A stretch of 64,000 nt of DNA, from positions 96,001 to 160,000 of the forward strand of contig CAWJTV010000020.1 of assembly GCA_963845755.1 (NCBI GenBank), read 5' to 3'. Positions 30,398-42,227 of this stretch are shown here, piece after piece (positions within the stretch are counted from its first letter, which is position 1; every line of letters begins with the position of its first letter). The stretch is from an uncultured Planctomycetota bacterium. GTDB taxonomy: Bacteria > Planctomycetota > Planctomycetia > Isosphaerales > Isosphaeraceae. Under the pieces are notes generated by a model, which was given only the letters and a program-made list of their open reading frames with translations, did no database searches and was not told where the DNA came from. A program made the translations under genes and the position numbers.

Positions 30398-31826
30398 TCA
30401 GTGGGAATTCGGCGACTCACCCAGGCCATACTTCCTCAGTTTCTGGCGGAGCGTGGCTCGGTGGATGCCGAGTATCTCGGCGGCGGCAGCGCGGTTGTGC
30501 TGGCACTGGACGAGCACGGCCTTGAGGACCGGGGGCTCGATGAGCTCGAGTAACCGCTCATAGAGCGAGGAATCGCCGGGCGGATTGCGCGGCGTGAGGA
30601 CCTCACGGCTGGTCCATTCGGCGAGCCATCCCGGGAGATCCGAGCCCGAGCGGGTTGGCGCTTCCTCGGCGCGGACCGTGGCCGCCGGCAGGTGTTCCGG
30701 CCGGATGACCTGGCCGCGCGCGACGATCGCAGCGTGCTCGATGGCATTCCGCAGCTCCCGGATGTTTCCTACCCAGGGCCGTGCTTGCAGTTCGTCGAGA
30801 AGCTCGTCGCTGACACGAACGTCGGCGATGCCGATCAGGTGGGACTGGCGGAGGAAGTGGTCGGCCAGGGCCGGGATGTCCTCACGCCGGTCGCGAAGCG
30901 GCGGGATCTGGATTGGGAAGACGCTGAGGCGGAAGAACAAGTCTTCGCGGAACCGGCCGGACGCCATGAGTTGGTCGAGTGGCCGGTTAGTCGCGGCGAT
31001 GAGCCGGATGTCCGTGGGCCGCGGCCGGGCGTCGCCGACGGGCGTCACGGTGCGGTGCTCGATGACGCGCAGGAGCTTGACTTGAAGGTCCGTCGGGATG
31101 TCGCCGACCTCATCCAGGAGCACCGTTCCACCGCTGGCCAGTTCGAGGAGCCCTTTCTGGTCCTGGACCGCGCCGGTGAAGGACCCCCGCAGATGGCCGA
31201 AGAGCTCCCGTTCGATGAGGCTCGGACTGAGCGCGGCGATACAGACCGGCATATACGGACCATCCCGGCGCCCGCTGTGCCGATGGATGGCCCGGGCGAC
31301 CAGCTCCTTGCCGGTGCCGCTCTCTCCGGTGATCAGGACGGGGACGTCCGTCGGCGCGACCAGGGCGATCTTCTTGAACAACTCCTGCATGCCGGCCGAC
31401 GTACCGATCAGCGCCTCTGGCTCGGTTGCGGCGGATTCGAGTCGTCCGACGTCGGCACGGGCCTTGTGTGTCTCCAGGGCGCGGTTGATGACGGCCGTGG
31501 CCTGGTCGAGGTCGAAGGGCTTGACCAGGTAGTCGAAGGCGCCTCCCTCCATCGCGCGCACGGCGGTTTCCAGGTTGCCGAACGCGGTAATCACGATAAT
31601 CGGTGCCGCGCCGGCGCAGTTCCCGGAACGCAGGCATCGCCGACAAGCCGTCGACGCCGGGCAAGCGGACATCGAGCACGACCGCGTCCAGAGGATTGGC
31701 GCCGGCGATCTTCAAGCCCTCCTCCACCGAGGCGGCCACTTCCACCTGATGCCCCTCATCGGCGAGCGACTCACGAAACGCCCAGCAGATGCTCACTTCG
31801 TCGTCGACGATCAGGATACGGCTCAT
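30398..31826 (-). CDS. Sigma54-dependent response regulator (NtrC family), frameshift near 31620
   Basis: Receiver ILIVDDE/LDVRLPG; GESGTGKE, ELFGHLRGSFTGA, FREDLFFRL, W.GNIREL; Fis-type HTH. Confidence 0.92.
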
Positions 31827-33205
31827 ACGGCTTCCTTCAGTGTGTCGCGCCGGTGCGGCAAGGTCAGGCGGAAGCGAGTATCTCCGTCGATGCGCGACCA
31901 GGACAGACGGCCTCCGTGGTCGCTGGCCACGCGATGGGCCAAGGCCAGGCCGAGCCCGACCCCTTCAGGCTTGCTGGTGACGAACGCATCGCACAAGGAA
32001 TCGGCCAGCGCCGGCGGAGGCCCCGTGCCGGTGTCGGCCACTTCCACGGCGATCTCGGTATCGCAATCGATCAATTCGATGCGAACGGTACCGCCGGCAC
32101 CCGCGGCCTCGATGGCGTTTAAGGCCAGGTTCAAGACTGCGGCCCTCACGCCGGAGGAATCCGCGAGAACCTCGACCGGACGGTCTCCTCGCGGCGGCTC
32201 GAGCGCCACTCCGGCGTGCTGGCACGCCGGTTGGACCAGCATGACGACTTCCGCGAGGAGCGGCCGGAGGTCGCATTCCGTCAGCGGCCGACGCTCGACA
32301 CGGCCCATCGAGAGCAGGCCCTTGACCTGTTCCTCCGTCATCGCCAACTGTCGCAGAGCCACGCTTAAGGTCTGGTCGTCTGCGGGCGGCGGATACCGCC
32401 GGGCATGCAGTTGGACGCTCATTCGCGCGCCCGTCAGGGCGTTACGGAGCTGGTGGGCCATCCCGGCGGCGAACTGGGCGAGCAGGCTGGACCGCTCCGT
32501 CTCCCGGATCGTGCGCTGCATGTCGGTCAGTTGGGCGCAGAGATGGTTGATCGATCGGGAAAGGTCCTCGACCTCGTCGCGGTGGCCGCCGAGTGGTAAC
32601 TCCCGGAAATCCCCGTCGACGATGCGGGCGACCTGCCGCTGGACCTGCTGGATCCGCACGCCGATTCGATGGGCGATCCAGCTCGTGATCAAGACCATCA
32701 CGGCGAGCGAGCCGGCCCCGAGGATCAAGGGGGGCAGCGTAGCCTCCCAGCGGGCCTGACGCCAACTGGTCTCGGGATAGAGCACCAGCAGCGAAGTGCC
32801 CGTTGATCCGCCTTCCGAGCGAAAGGAAACCCCAACGTAGGGCGTCCCTTCGAGGAGGGCTGTCGGGAATTCGCGGAGCGATTCTCGATGTGCCGCGGCC
32901 GGAAGGGACCGGAGGGCCTGCGGCAAACCCTCGATGTTCGGCAGGCTGCTCCCGGTCACCCGGCCGTCTTCGGAATAGGCCACAAAATGGGCGCCGGAGA
33001 GGCCCCGCATCCGCGTGAGCACGGGGCCGGTATACGGGAAACTCGCGTGGCCGAGTGCATCGATCACGCCGTTGAGCCGGTCGACGATCTGTCGCTGGCT
33101 CCGCCGGGCGGCGAGCGTCGCCGTCGTGATCGCGATGGCCGCAACAGCCACGGTCTGGATGGCGATCAAAGGAATCAGGATCTGGTTGCGGATCGACCAG
33201 CGCAT
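31823..33205 (-). CDS. HAMP sensor histidine kinase
   Basis: Two TMs; AGMAHQLRNALT, NLALNAIEA, DTGTG, GVGLGL. Confidence 0.92.
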   Translation of the reverse strand: MRWSIRNQILIPLIAIQTVAVAAIAITTATLAARRSQRQIVDRLNGVIDALGHASFPYTGPVLTRMRGLSGAHFVAYSEDGRVTGSSLPNIEGLPQALRSLPAAAHRESLREFPTALLEGTPYVGVSFRSEGGSTGTSLLVLYPETSWRQARWEATLPPLILGAGSLAVMVLITSWIAHRIGVRIQQVQRQVARIVDGDFRELPLGGHRDEVEDLSRSINHLCAQLTDMQRTIRETERSSLLAQFAAGMAHQLRNALTGARMSVQLHARRYPPPADDQTLSVALRQLAMTEEQVKGLLSMGRVERRPLTECDLRPLLAEVVMLVQPACQHAGVALEPPRGDRPVEVLADSSGVRAAVLNLALNAIEAAGAGGTVRIELIDCDTEIAVEVADTGTGPPPALADSLCDAFVTSKPEGVGLGLALAHRVASDHGGRLSWSRIDGDTRFRLTLPHRRDTLKEAV

Positions 33206-33441
33206 CGAGCGGTACGGCCTCTTGAGGGCGTGTTAGATCCAGGTGACTCTTCCATCAAACCTTCCCCGGACTATCGTCCGCAAGGGATGATTGGAGCCGT
33301 GCACGTGCCCGATGCCACGACTACGGAACTCGGCAACGGAGAAAATCTGTCTTTTTGCAAGAAATCTGGATTGGCTGTATCGTCCTGGGTGCACTATGGC
33401 TGAAGACGGGTCTGGGTAGGGAAGGGAGGGGTCGAACCGGT

Positions 33442-34891
33442 ATGCCACACGCAACATCACAAGCGTTGAGTGACCATTTTCAGATCCTGTTCGGCGCGGG
33501 GACCTGCGCGGGGTTGACCGACGGGGAGCTGGTCGAGCGGTTTCGGTCGGGTCGGGACGAGGGGGGTGAGCAGGCGTTCGAGGTGCTGGTTGGGCGGCAT
33601 GGGCCGATGGTTCAGAGCGTATGTCGCAACATGCTGGACGATCCCGCGGACGTGCACGACGCGTTCCAGGCGACGTTCCTGGTCCTGGCGCGCCGGGCCG
33701 TCGCGATCCGGAAGAAGGAGTCGGTCGGAAGTTGGCTCTATGGCGTTGCGGTCCGGGTCGCATTGAGGGCTCGGGTCTTCTCGATCCGTCGGCGGATCCG
33801 CGACCGGAGAACCATCCAGGCGGCGGGTACTGTCGCGACAGTGGCAACAGAAACGCGGGATACTCCTTCCTTCGATCGCAATGAAGGAGCCGCGATCGTC
33901 CACCAGGAGATCGACCGCCTGCCAGAGAAATACCGTTGTCCGATCGTCCTTTGCTACCTTGAGGGCCTGACCCACGACGAGGCCGCCTCCCGGCTGAACT
34001 GGCCGGTGGGAACGGTCCGCAGCCGGCTATCGCGGGCGCGGGATCGACTTCGCTCGCGGTTGACACGACGGGGTGTGACGGTGCCCTCGACTGGCGGACC
34101 GATGGCAGCCTGGCTGTCGGGAGAGTCAGTCGGACCAACAGCGGCGGCAACCACTGCATCAGCCTTGTCTTCGCAGCTATCCACGTCGTTGGCTCGTTCC
34201 GTCACTCAGTTAGCGATCGGCCGGTCCGCGGCCGCCGGCTCGTTGTCGGCTGTCTCGATGGCACTGGCTCAGGGAGTTCTCACGACCATGTTGCTCAAGA
34301 AACTGGCGATTGTCGGATGCGTTTTTCTGTCGCTTGGCATGGTATCCGTAGGCGGTGGCGCCCTCCTCGTAGGGGCGTCTCGGGCACAGGATCCCAAGGC
34401 AGCCCGAGCTGCGACAACACCCCAGCCCACCAAGCCGGCCGCCCAAGGCGAGGCACCGAAGCCCGATGACATTGATCCCCTCCTCAAAGAACTCCTCGAG
34501 GCGGCCCGCGCACGCCTGGACGCCCAACGGGACTTCTACGAACAAGGACGGATCACTGTCGATCGATTCATCGACGCGTGCCGCACGTTTCGGGGAAGTG
34601 GAATTGCTCGCCGCCAAGACGGATGACCGCCGGCTGGCGATCCGCCAGCGACACGTGAGCCTGCTCAAGGAGATCGAGAACCGAGAAGAAGCCGAGATCC
34701 AGGTCGGGAGAGGGACTGCTTCCGACCTCGCCGAGGCCCGCCAGCGCCGCCTGGAGGCGCAGATCCAGATCAAGATCAGCGAGAAGGAAGCCGCGGAGAA
34801 GGCTTCGATCGTCCGCCGCCTGAGCGAATTAGAGCGGAAAGTGGACGAGATTCAGGGCAAGCCTGGCGGGAAGTCGGTCAACACTCCCTGA
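33442..34891 (+). CDS. Membrane-anchored ECF sigma factor with extracytoplasmic helical extension; frameshift near 34590
   Basis: [50 protein letters not shown] segment; helical C-terminal domain continues in ORF 34466..34891. Confidence 0.88.
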
Positions 34892-34990
34892 ACGATCGAC
34901 CTCTTGCGGACTGGACGTTTGACAACTGATCGAGTAGGACGGTTCTGATGCGTTATTGACCCGCGCATCCAACCCGGCGGATCGATCTTC

Positions 34991-35245
34991 ATGAGCCACC
35001 AAGATCTACTTGATCTTCTGCGAAGATGTCCTTTTGCGCCTTTTCGGATCTTCGCCACCGACGGGAGGACTTACGATGTGCGTCATCCGGACCAAGCCCT
35101 GGCCTTGAGAACGCGCGTGATCCTCCCGCTGGCATCCAACCCCGACGAAGTCGCTGACCGATCGGAACATCTCGCACCGTTGCATATCATCCGAGCCGAG
35201 GAGCTCTCTCCGGACTCGCCTTCGAGGCCAGCGGCAGCCGGTTGA
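34991..35245 (+). CDS. Small hypothetical protein with PFxPFRI..DG..Y.V.HP motif
   Basis: Motif recalled as common in planctomycete small proteins. Confidence 0.7.
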   Translation: MSHQDLLDLLRRCPFAPFRIFATDGRTYDVRHPDQALALRTRVILPLASNPDEVADRSEHLAPLHIIRAEELSPDSPSRPAAAG

Positions 35246-35270
35246 TCGGTCGGTCCGAGAATATTCTCGC

Positions 35271-36614
35271 TCACGGCTTGACGGATTCGTTCACGATCCG
35301 GTGGAACTCGTTGCGGAGATTGAGGCGGTCCGAGGGGAAGACCTGGGTCAGCATGATGCCGATCACCTCGTCCTTCGGGTCGACCCAGAAGTCGGTGTAA
35401 TAGATCCCGCCCCAACTGAAGGTGCCGACGGGGTCCTTCTTGCCGTCGTTTGCCGGCCGGGTGGTCACGCCGAAACCGTAGCCGAAGCTGTTCCCGTGAA
35501 CCCCGATCCAGACCGGCAGGCTCTCCGTCTGGTCGCGGGTCATCACGGCGACCGTCTCGGGACGGAGGATGCGAACACCGTCCAGCTCGCCGTGGTTCAG
35601 GAGCATTTGCAAGAACCGGGCGTAGTCCGCGACGGTCGAGACCAGGCCCGCGCCTCCGGAGTAGTAGCCGTTGTTCCCCTGGTAGGGGAAGCTCGCCGAG
35701 TAGATGCACGCTCCTCGGACCGTCGGTCCCTCTCCGGTCCGGACGATCGTCTCATTGGTTCCTGGCTCGTAGAGCGCCGCCAGGCGGCTGCGCTTCGATT
35801 CGGGGAGGATGAAATGGGTGTCGCCCATCCTGAGGGGCCGGAGGACCCGCTCGGTGAGGTAGGCGTCCAGCGTCTGGCCCGAGACGATCTCGACCAGCCG
35901 GCCCAGGACGTCCGTGTTCAGGCCGTATTCCCAGGCCGTTCCCGGCTGGTGGAGCAGGGGGAGCTTCGCGAGCCGTCGCACATTCTCGGCCAGCGAGTGG
36001 TCGCAGGGACTGAGCCCGTCGCAGATGCCCGCCTCGGCGTAGAGCCGGCCCAGGATGGGTCGGTCGGTCATCCGATAGCATAGACCCGACGTGTGCATCA
36101 GCAGGTCGCGGACCGTGATCGGCCGGTAGGCATCGACGAGGTCGTAGTCCTCGCCCGAATTCCCGGGCGACGTCGAGCCATTACCCTTCTTTCGAGGCAC
36201 GGCGACCTTCATGAACTTGAACTCGGGCAGGAATCGGGAGATCGGGTCCGAGAGATTGAGCCGACCCTGGTCGGCCAGGATCAGGATGGCCGTGCTGGTG
36301 ATCGGCTTGGACATCGAAGCGATCCGGAAGATCGACCCGGGCGTCATCGGGTTGCCGGTCTCGGCGTCTTGCATTCCCACGGAGTCGAGGTAGGCGATCT
36401 TGCCATGCCGGGCGACCAGCACGACCGCCCCGGCGATCTGTTTCTTCTCAACGGCCTGGCGGAACACGACGCTCGCACGCTCCAGTCCGGCCGGATCGAG
36501 CCCGACCTGGTCGGGCCGGGCACGCGGGAGTCCGTCGTCGGACTGCACAGGGCGACCCGTCGCGAGGATCAGAAGAACCAGGGGGATCGCGTCGGAGAGT
36601 CGGCGGCATCGCAT
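35271..36614 (-). CDS. Serine hydrolase, beta-lactamase class C-like
   Basis: Signal peptide; FRIASMSK (SxxK), LLMHTSG, PGTAWEYG, GGAGLVST, WGG. Confidence 0.92.
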   Translation of the reverse strand: MRCRRLSDAIPLVLLILATGRPVQSDDGLPRARPDQVGLDPAGLERASVVFRQAVEKKQIAGAVVLVARHGKIAYLDSVGMQDAETGNPMTPGSIFRIASMSKPITSTAILILADQGRLNLSDPISRFLPEFKFMKVAVPRKKGNGSTSPGNSGEDYDLVDAYRPITVRDLLMHTSGLCYRMTDRPILGRLYAEAGICDGLSPCDHSLAENVRRLAKLPLLHQPGTAWEYGLNTDVLGRLVEIVSGQTLDAYLTERVLRPLRMGDTHFILPESKRSRLAALYEPGTNETIVRTGEGPTVRGACIYSASFPYQGNNGYYSGGAGLVSTVADYARFLQMLLNHGELDGVRILRPETVAVMTRDQTESLPVWIGVHGNSFGYGFGVTTRPANDGKKDPVGTFSWGGIYYTDFWVDPKDEVIGIMLTQVFPSDRLNLRNEFHRIVNESVKP

Positions 36615-36659
36615 GGGGCATCTTCCTGTTGGATCAGCAGGATGGTTCGATCCCTCGGT

Positions 36660-36811
36660 CTCCGGGTCCTCCTGACCATGCCCCTCATTGTGCCGTCTCG
36701 TGCGGCGAACACAAGAGACAAGCATCCCCGATCCAACCTCGCTCTCAACGCAGCTCTTGGGCCCGACCTCACCGAGATCGTGAACATGGCCGAGTTTCGG
36801 TGTCCAGTCGA
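36660..36811 (-). mobile_element. Possible IS3-family left-end remnant
   Basis: Minus strand TCGACTGGACACCGAAACTCGGCCA resembles an IS3 inverted repeat (canonical TG is absent), followed by the OrfA-like start MVRRTRR. Confidence 0.4.
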
Positions 36812-36814
36812 CCA

Positions 36815-37000
36815 GGTTGCAGCCCTCATCAGCCTTGCATCGAGGCAAGCCGTTCGACCAACGTCGCAAAGGCCGGTTCCGACGCCTTCCCGCGTCGGGC
36901 GTTGGACCGGTCCAGCAGCTCGTCGTCCGTCAGGTCGCCGACTTCTCCCTCTTTCAGAAAAGCATCCGGAGATGCCTCTGGACGCCGTCCGATCGAGGGC
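36815..37000 (-). pseudogene. N-terminal remnant of an ECF sigma factor
   Basis: GDLTDDELLDR..ARRG.ASEPAFATLVER parallels [14 protein letters not shown]...[11 protein letters not shown] of 33442..34891. Confidence 0.65.
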
Positions 37001-37279
37001 TTATCATCTGCGCCGGCTCCTCTACCAGGTCGGGCTCCCGTCTTCACCCTTTATTGTGCCCGTCGAAGGGTCTGGTCAGTCCCACAATCTCGGATCGATT
37101 CCGCCAGGTCGCAGCCGATGACCAGGGTTGGGGCGGTGATGCTATTGGCCCGTCAAGATTCATGTTCCAGAAGAGCAAATCGTGTTTGTCCCGGAATCCG
37201 CCCGGCGCCCGAAGTAACGAAATGAGGCAAGAACGTGCCGGGCCGGGAAGGGCGAAGCCGCCTTACTGGAGGTCAACCC

Positions 37280-38384
37280 ATGCGACGAGATGCTACGGAT
37301 CCCTGGGAAAACCCGGGGTACGACCGTTTCGGGCCCGCGACGATGAGCGCGGGACTTGTACGGACCGGCCGGCTCACTCGGGAGTGGGCGGTCCTGATCG
37401 TTATGCTCCTGATCGCCTTGGTCTGGCTCTCGAACCTCAGTCCGGACGAGGACGCCGTGCGGATGCAGTTAATCCGACGCGACTCGGGCGCTCAGAGTGT
37501 AGCGCTGGCATTCTCTCCGGATGGAAACACCATCGCGACCACGCATTCGGACGGGCACGTGTCATTGCGGGATCGGACAACTGGATGGGGCGTCCCACGG
37601 TACTTGCGCGAACCGCGGTCACGACGGGGCCGTGACTTTCTCGCCCGACGGCCGATCCCTGGCCGCGGGAGGAAATCGGCCCGACATCCTCGTGTGTGAT
37701 CGAAATAGGGACGGAGCCGAGCGTCGCTTGGGGATGAGGATCGGTGAGACCAAGGCCTTGTCCTTTTCCCCGGACAGCAGGATCCTGGCGGCGACCGGCC
37801 GCCTTCGGAACGAGATCGTTCTCTGGGACATCATTTCGGGGCGAGAACGGACGACCCTGCGGGGCCACTCGGCCGGCGCGATCAGTATCGCCTTCTCTCC
37901 GGATGGCCGGTCTCTCGCCTCGGGGGGACTCGCCGATGTAGAGATCCTCGTCTGGGACCTGACCACCGGAATACCGCGGCTCCGGCTGGAGGTCCCGCGT
38001 GGCCCGATCAACGCCCTTGCCTACTCGCCGGACGGTACGCGGCTCGCTTCGGCCAGCGTCGTCGAGCGCGGTGCACGGCTGTGGGACGTGAAGTCGGGCC
38101 GGATGCACCGCCTCATTGCGGATCATCTCCCCATAACCAACACGCTAACCTTTGCGCCAGATGGCGGTTTTCTGGCCACGGGGGGCTGCGATGGGAAGGT
38201 CAGGCTCTGGAGCGTCCCGAGCGGACGACCCCTCCACAGCCTCGACGCGCAGACCACGCGAGTGGGTGCCGTCGCCATCTCACCGGACGGTCGCACGCTC
38301 GCCGCCCTCGCGAATGACGACGGGATCCGGTTCTGGGACCTGACCGATCTCGTGAAGATCCGGTCCAGTCTGCCGCCGGGATAA
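37280..38384 (+). CDS. WD40-repeat protein with N-terminal TM; frameshift near 37625
   Basis: About seven (F/Y/I)(S/A)PD(G/S)..(L/I)A...W repeats; GGAGG RBS. Confidence 0.88.
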
Positions 38385-38579
38385 CTCACGGCTTGGATGG
38401 TGACCCATGGGCAGCAGGAGGGATCGGATCGGGCCATCCATTCGACGCCGACTGGCACCCCAAACGGGTGCCTGTGCCGCAGCCCGTGATCGACTCGGAC
38501 GGAGCCTCGCGCCCATCCCCTGAAGGTGCATTCTGTCCCCCGCAGCCCGGTGCCACAAGTGTGGAACCCCGACCGCCGG

Positions 38580-40211
38580 TCACGATGGTTCCGCCAGCAT
38601 CTTGCGCAGGACTTTCTTGTCGATCTTCCCCACCCCCGTCTTGGGGAGCGACTCGACGAAATGGATGTCATCCACCAGCGGCAACTGCCACTTGGCGAAC
38701 TTTCGGGCGAGCAGGTCGAGGATCGCCTGCGGCTCGACCGGATGATTCGAATCGTTGCGCTTGACCACGAGGACGGCCGGGACCTCGTCGCAAACCTCGT
38801 CGAGCCGGGCCACGACGGCTGCTTCGAGGACACCGGGATGCCCCAGTACGGCGTTCTCCATATCCACGCTGGAGATCCACTCCCCCTTCCGTTTGATGAG
38901 GTCCTTCTTGCGGTCGGTGAGCTTGACGTAGCCATATTGATCGATGCTCGCCATGTCCCCGGTTCGGAACCAACCGTCGGCCGTGAACGCGGCGCCGGCG
39001 GCGGGGTTACTGTAGTAACTGCTTGCGATCCAGGGCCCGCGCACGGCCAGCTCGCCGACGTGCTCGCCATCCCAGGGCAGCTCTTCCCCGTGGTCGCCGA
39101 AGAGTTTCGTCTCGACCCCGGGGACCGGGATGCCCTGCTTGAGCCGAACCTCGAGCTGCTGTTCCTCGGGCCAGTCCTCCATGGCGGCCTTCAGGCGGGA
39201 GACGGTCCCGATCGGCGAGGTCTCGGTCATGCCCCACGCGTGCAGGATCCGGATGCCGAAGTCGCGCTGATAGTTCTCGATCATGGCCCGCGACGCGGCC
39301 GACCCGCCCACCATGAGCGTATGTAGCTTCGACAGGTCGTATCGCTTCTCCTTGAGGTGCTGGTAGAGGAGGTTCCAGATCGTCGGGACGCCGGAGGCAC
39401 AGGTCACCCGCTCGGCCTCGAGCAGCTCGGCCAGCGGCTGGCCGATGACTCCCGAGCCGGGGAAGACCTGCGTGGCGCCGCAGAGCGTGGCGGAGTAGGG
39501 GAGTCCCCACGCGTTGACGTGGAACATCGGGACGGCCGGCAGCGTGACCTCTTTCTCGGCCACGGCGCCGCCGTTGACCATACAGCCGGCCATCGCGTGC
39601 AAGAACGTCGAACGGTGGCTGTAGAGCACACCCTTTGGGTCGCCGGTCGTCGCCGAGGTATAGCACAGGCCCGCGGCCAGGTTCTCGTCGAGCGTAGGGA
39701 ACTCGGCCCGGGCCGACGCGGCAGTCATCAGCTCCTCGTAGTCGATCGACGGTTGCGGCAGAGCCGGGACCTGCGGACAGCGATCGTCCATCAGTACGTA
39801 TTTCTCCACGCCCGGCAGGTCGGCCTGGAGCGCGGCGAGCAGTGCCGCGACCGAGCGGTCGGCGAAGATCACGCGATCCTGGGCATGATTGATGATATAG
39901 ATCAATTGCTCGCGAGCGAGCCGGAAGTTGATCGTGTGCAACACCGCACCCAGCGACGGGATGGCGAAGTAGAGCTCCAGGTGACGATGGTGATTCCACG
40001 CCAACGTGGCGACCCGGTCGCCCGGCTGGATGCCGAGGTCGCGGAGGACGTTCATCAGACGATGGACTCGGCCCTGCAAATCACCGTAAGTCATGCGGTG
40101 GATGGTGCCATCGGCCCACCGACTGACAATCTCCTTTTCGGGAAAGAACTGGCCTGCCCGGCGGAGAATGCTCGGAATCATCAGCGGCCATTCCATCATG
40201 AGTCCGTTCAA
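38580..40211 (-). CDS. Long/medium-chain fatty-acid--CoA ligase (AlkK/DmdB-like)
   Basis: YTSATTGDPKGV.YSHRS, PMFHVNAWG, WGMTETSP, FRTGD, KTGVGK. Confidence 0.92.
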   Translation of the reverse strand: MNGLMMEWPLMIPSILRRAGQFFPEKEIVSRWADGTIHRMTYGDLQGRVHRLMNVLRDLGIQPGDRVATLAWNHHRHLELYFAIPSLGAVLHTINFRLAREQLIYIINHAQDRVIFADRSVAALLAALQADLPGVEKYVLMDDRCPQVPALPQPSIDYEELMTAASARAEFPTLDENLAAGLCYTSATTGDPKGVLYSHRSTFLHAMAGCMVNGGAVAEKEVTLPAVPMFHVNAWGLPYSATLCGATQVFPGSGVIGQPLAELLEAERVTCASGVPTIWNLLYQHLKEKRYDLSKLHTLMVGGSAASRAMIENYQRDFGIRILHAWGMTETSPIGTVSRLKAAMEDWPEEQQLEVRLKQGIPVPGVETKLFGDHGEELPWDGEHVGELAVRGPWIASSYYSNPAAGAAFTADGWFRTGDMASIDQYGYVKLTDRKKDLIKRKGEWISSVDMENAVLGHPGVLEAAVVARLDEVCDEVPAVLVVKRNDSNHPVEPQAILDLLARKFAKWQLPLVDDIHFVESLPKTGVGKIDKKVLRKMLAEPS

Positions 40212-40321
40212 CGCACACCTCGGCTAGACTTTCTTCGATTCTGCGGAATAACGGGAAACGCGGAATCTATGATACGGTGAATGAACGGGAGATAGTATCG
40301 TTTTCTGGAGCGAACGAACTC

Positions 40322-42032
40322 ATGGTTGACTCGATGTCGGAGGCGCGATCGGGAGGACCGCACGACGGCAGCCGGCTGGCGATCTGGATCACGGCCGTGC
40401 TGGCGGTGTCGACCGCGATGTCGCTCGGTTTCTGGGTCGTGCGGGGCCTGAGTGAATGGGACACCGAGCCACTCGAGTCGCCCTTGATGCTCTCCGTGGC
40501 GCGGCAATTGGTGGTCGGTCCCAGCGAGCTTTACGGCCCCTTCGGCGGCGAGAATCCCCTGGTGTTGATCCATGCCCCGCTGTATTACCGCCTGGCGGGC
40601 CTCGCGGCCTGGCCGATGACCCGAGCCGGGATGCACCCCGTCGCGGCGTCGCGGGTGGCCGGCCGATCATTGTCGTTTCTGGGGCTGCTGACGACGCTGC
40701 TGGTGGCCTATCGCCTGGCGCGGCTGGACGGCGGGACGGGGCGTGCGGGATGGTGGGCGGTGCTGTTGATCGCCGCGACGCCGATGCTGGCGGGACAACC
40801 CTTCGCCGTGCGCCCGGACATGGTGGGTGTGGCGTTGCAGACCGTGGGCGTGCTCCTGGTCCTCTCCGCACTCCAGCGGGGGCCGCAGGCCGGTGGACGC
40901 GTGCCATGGGCATTCCTGGCGTTCGGCCTGGCGGCCTGCGTGAAGCAGCACCTGATCGCGGCGGCGGGGGTGAGCATGGTCCTGTTGTTCGTGGGCTGGC
41001 GCGGGTCGGGTTCGTACGCGAACGATCGGGCAGGGCCTGACGGCGTACGTGGGGATCGTCACGGTCGTCTACGGCGTGGAGTGGGTCGTCACCAGCGGTC
41101 GGATCTGGGAGGCGGCGTTCGTCGCGGCCGGGAACGTCGGTCGCGTCCACCCGGGAGGCTGGGAGCATGTGCGGCTGATGCTCGTCGCGCTTGTCAGCCG
41201 GGCGGCCGGGCTGATCGCGTTGTGCGCCAGCGTCGGCCTGGCCATGGCCGCCTCCACACGCGGCCTCGGCCGGAGGGTCGTACTCGTCGCCGGATGCGGA
41301 TTGATCGGACTGATCCTGGCGGCACAATGCCTCCGGATGGCGGTGAGCTGGCCCGAGCCCGGTGCCGTGATTGCGGTGGCCGCTTTACTGACCATGCTGG
41401 TCGTCTTCCCGCTCTGTGCGTGCTTCGAGCGGTCGTCCCTCCTGGGGAATCGCCTCGATGCGGCTTTCTGGCTGTATACGGCCGCGGAGCTCGCATTGGC
41501 GCTCGTTCTGTGCGAGCTGAGTACGGGCTCCTGGTTCAACTACGCTATCCAGGCCGTCGTTTTCGGAGCGATCCTCACGTCCCGCGTCGCGTCGCGTGCC
41601 GTGGATAGCTCGCCATCGCTCCGGGTCCGCTGGCCGGTCGCCGTGGCGGTGCTCTCCGTGCTGGTGTCGACGGTCTATCACCTTTTCGAGGCCGAGGCCG
41701 AGATCCGCCAAGATCGCGCCGTGATGAACCGGATGGTCGAGCACTTGAAGCTGCCACCCTCGTCATTCTTTTTCCTCGAACGGCCGGGCATTAATCGGGT
41801 CAACGGCCGGCTCGAGCTGGTCTACGATGATTGGCTGTATCCGGTCTTCGAGTCGCTCCACCTGGCCGAGCCCCGCTCAGGATGGCTCGTTCGCGCGCTT
41901 GGATCCCGCACGCTACGTGCGGTCGTGATGATGACACCCGGAGGTGAAATCGAAAGGACCGGCCTCAACCTCAAGCGGCTCGGTTTTCAGAGCAACATCA
42001 AGGTCGGGCCGTTCTTTGTCTGGACGCGGTGA
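40322..42032 (+). CDS. Polytopic membrane protein, GT-C (ArnT/PMT-like) glycosyltransferase candidate; frameshift near 41010
   Basis: H.PLYY, GR.LS, RPD and KQ motifs with many TM helices across two ORFs. Confidence 0.65.
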
Positions 42033-42227
42033 ATCCTCGAGGCTGAGCGTTTCGATCCCGACGCCGCGGTGGACCCGTCGCGGGGAAACGGCCAGTTCTT
42101 TCGGGCCATCTCTTTCGGCTTGATCCGTGGGGTGTTACAATCGTCGGGAGCCGATGAACGAATTCGCTAAGGGACCCGATGGAGTTGCTCCGGATGCGGG
42201 GCTCGGCCCTGGGAGGGGTGGTCCGCC

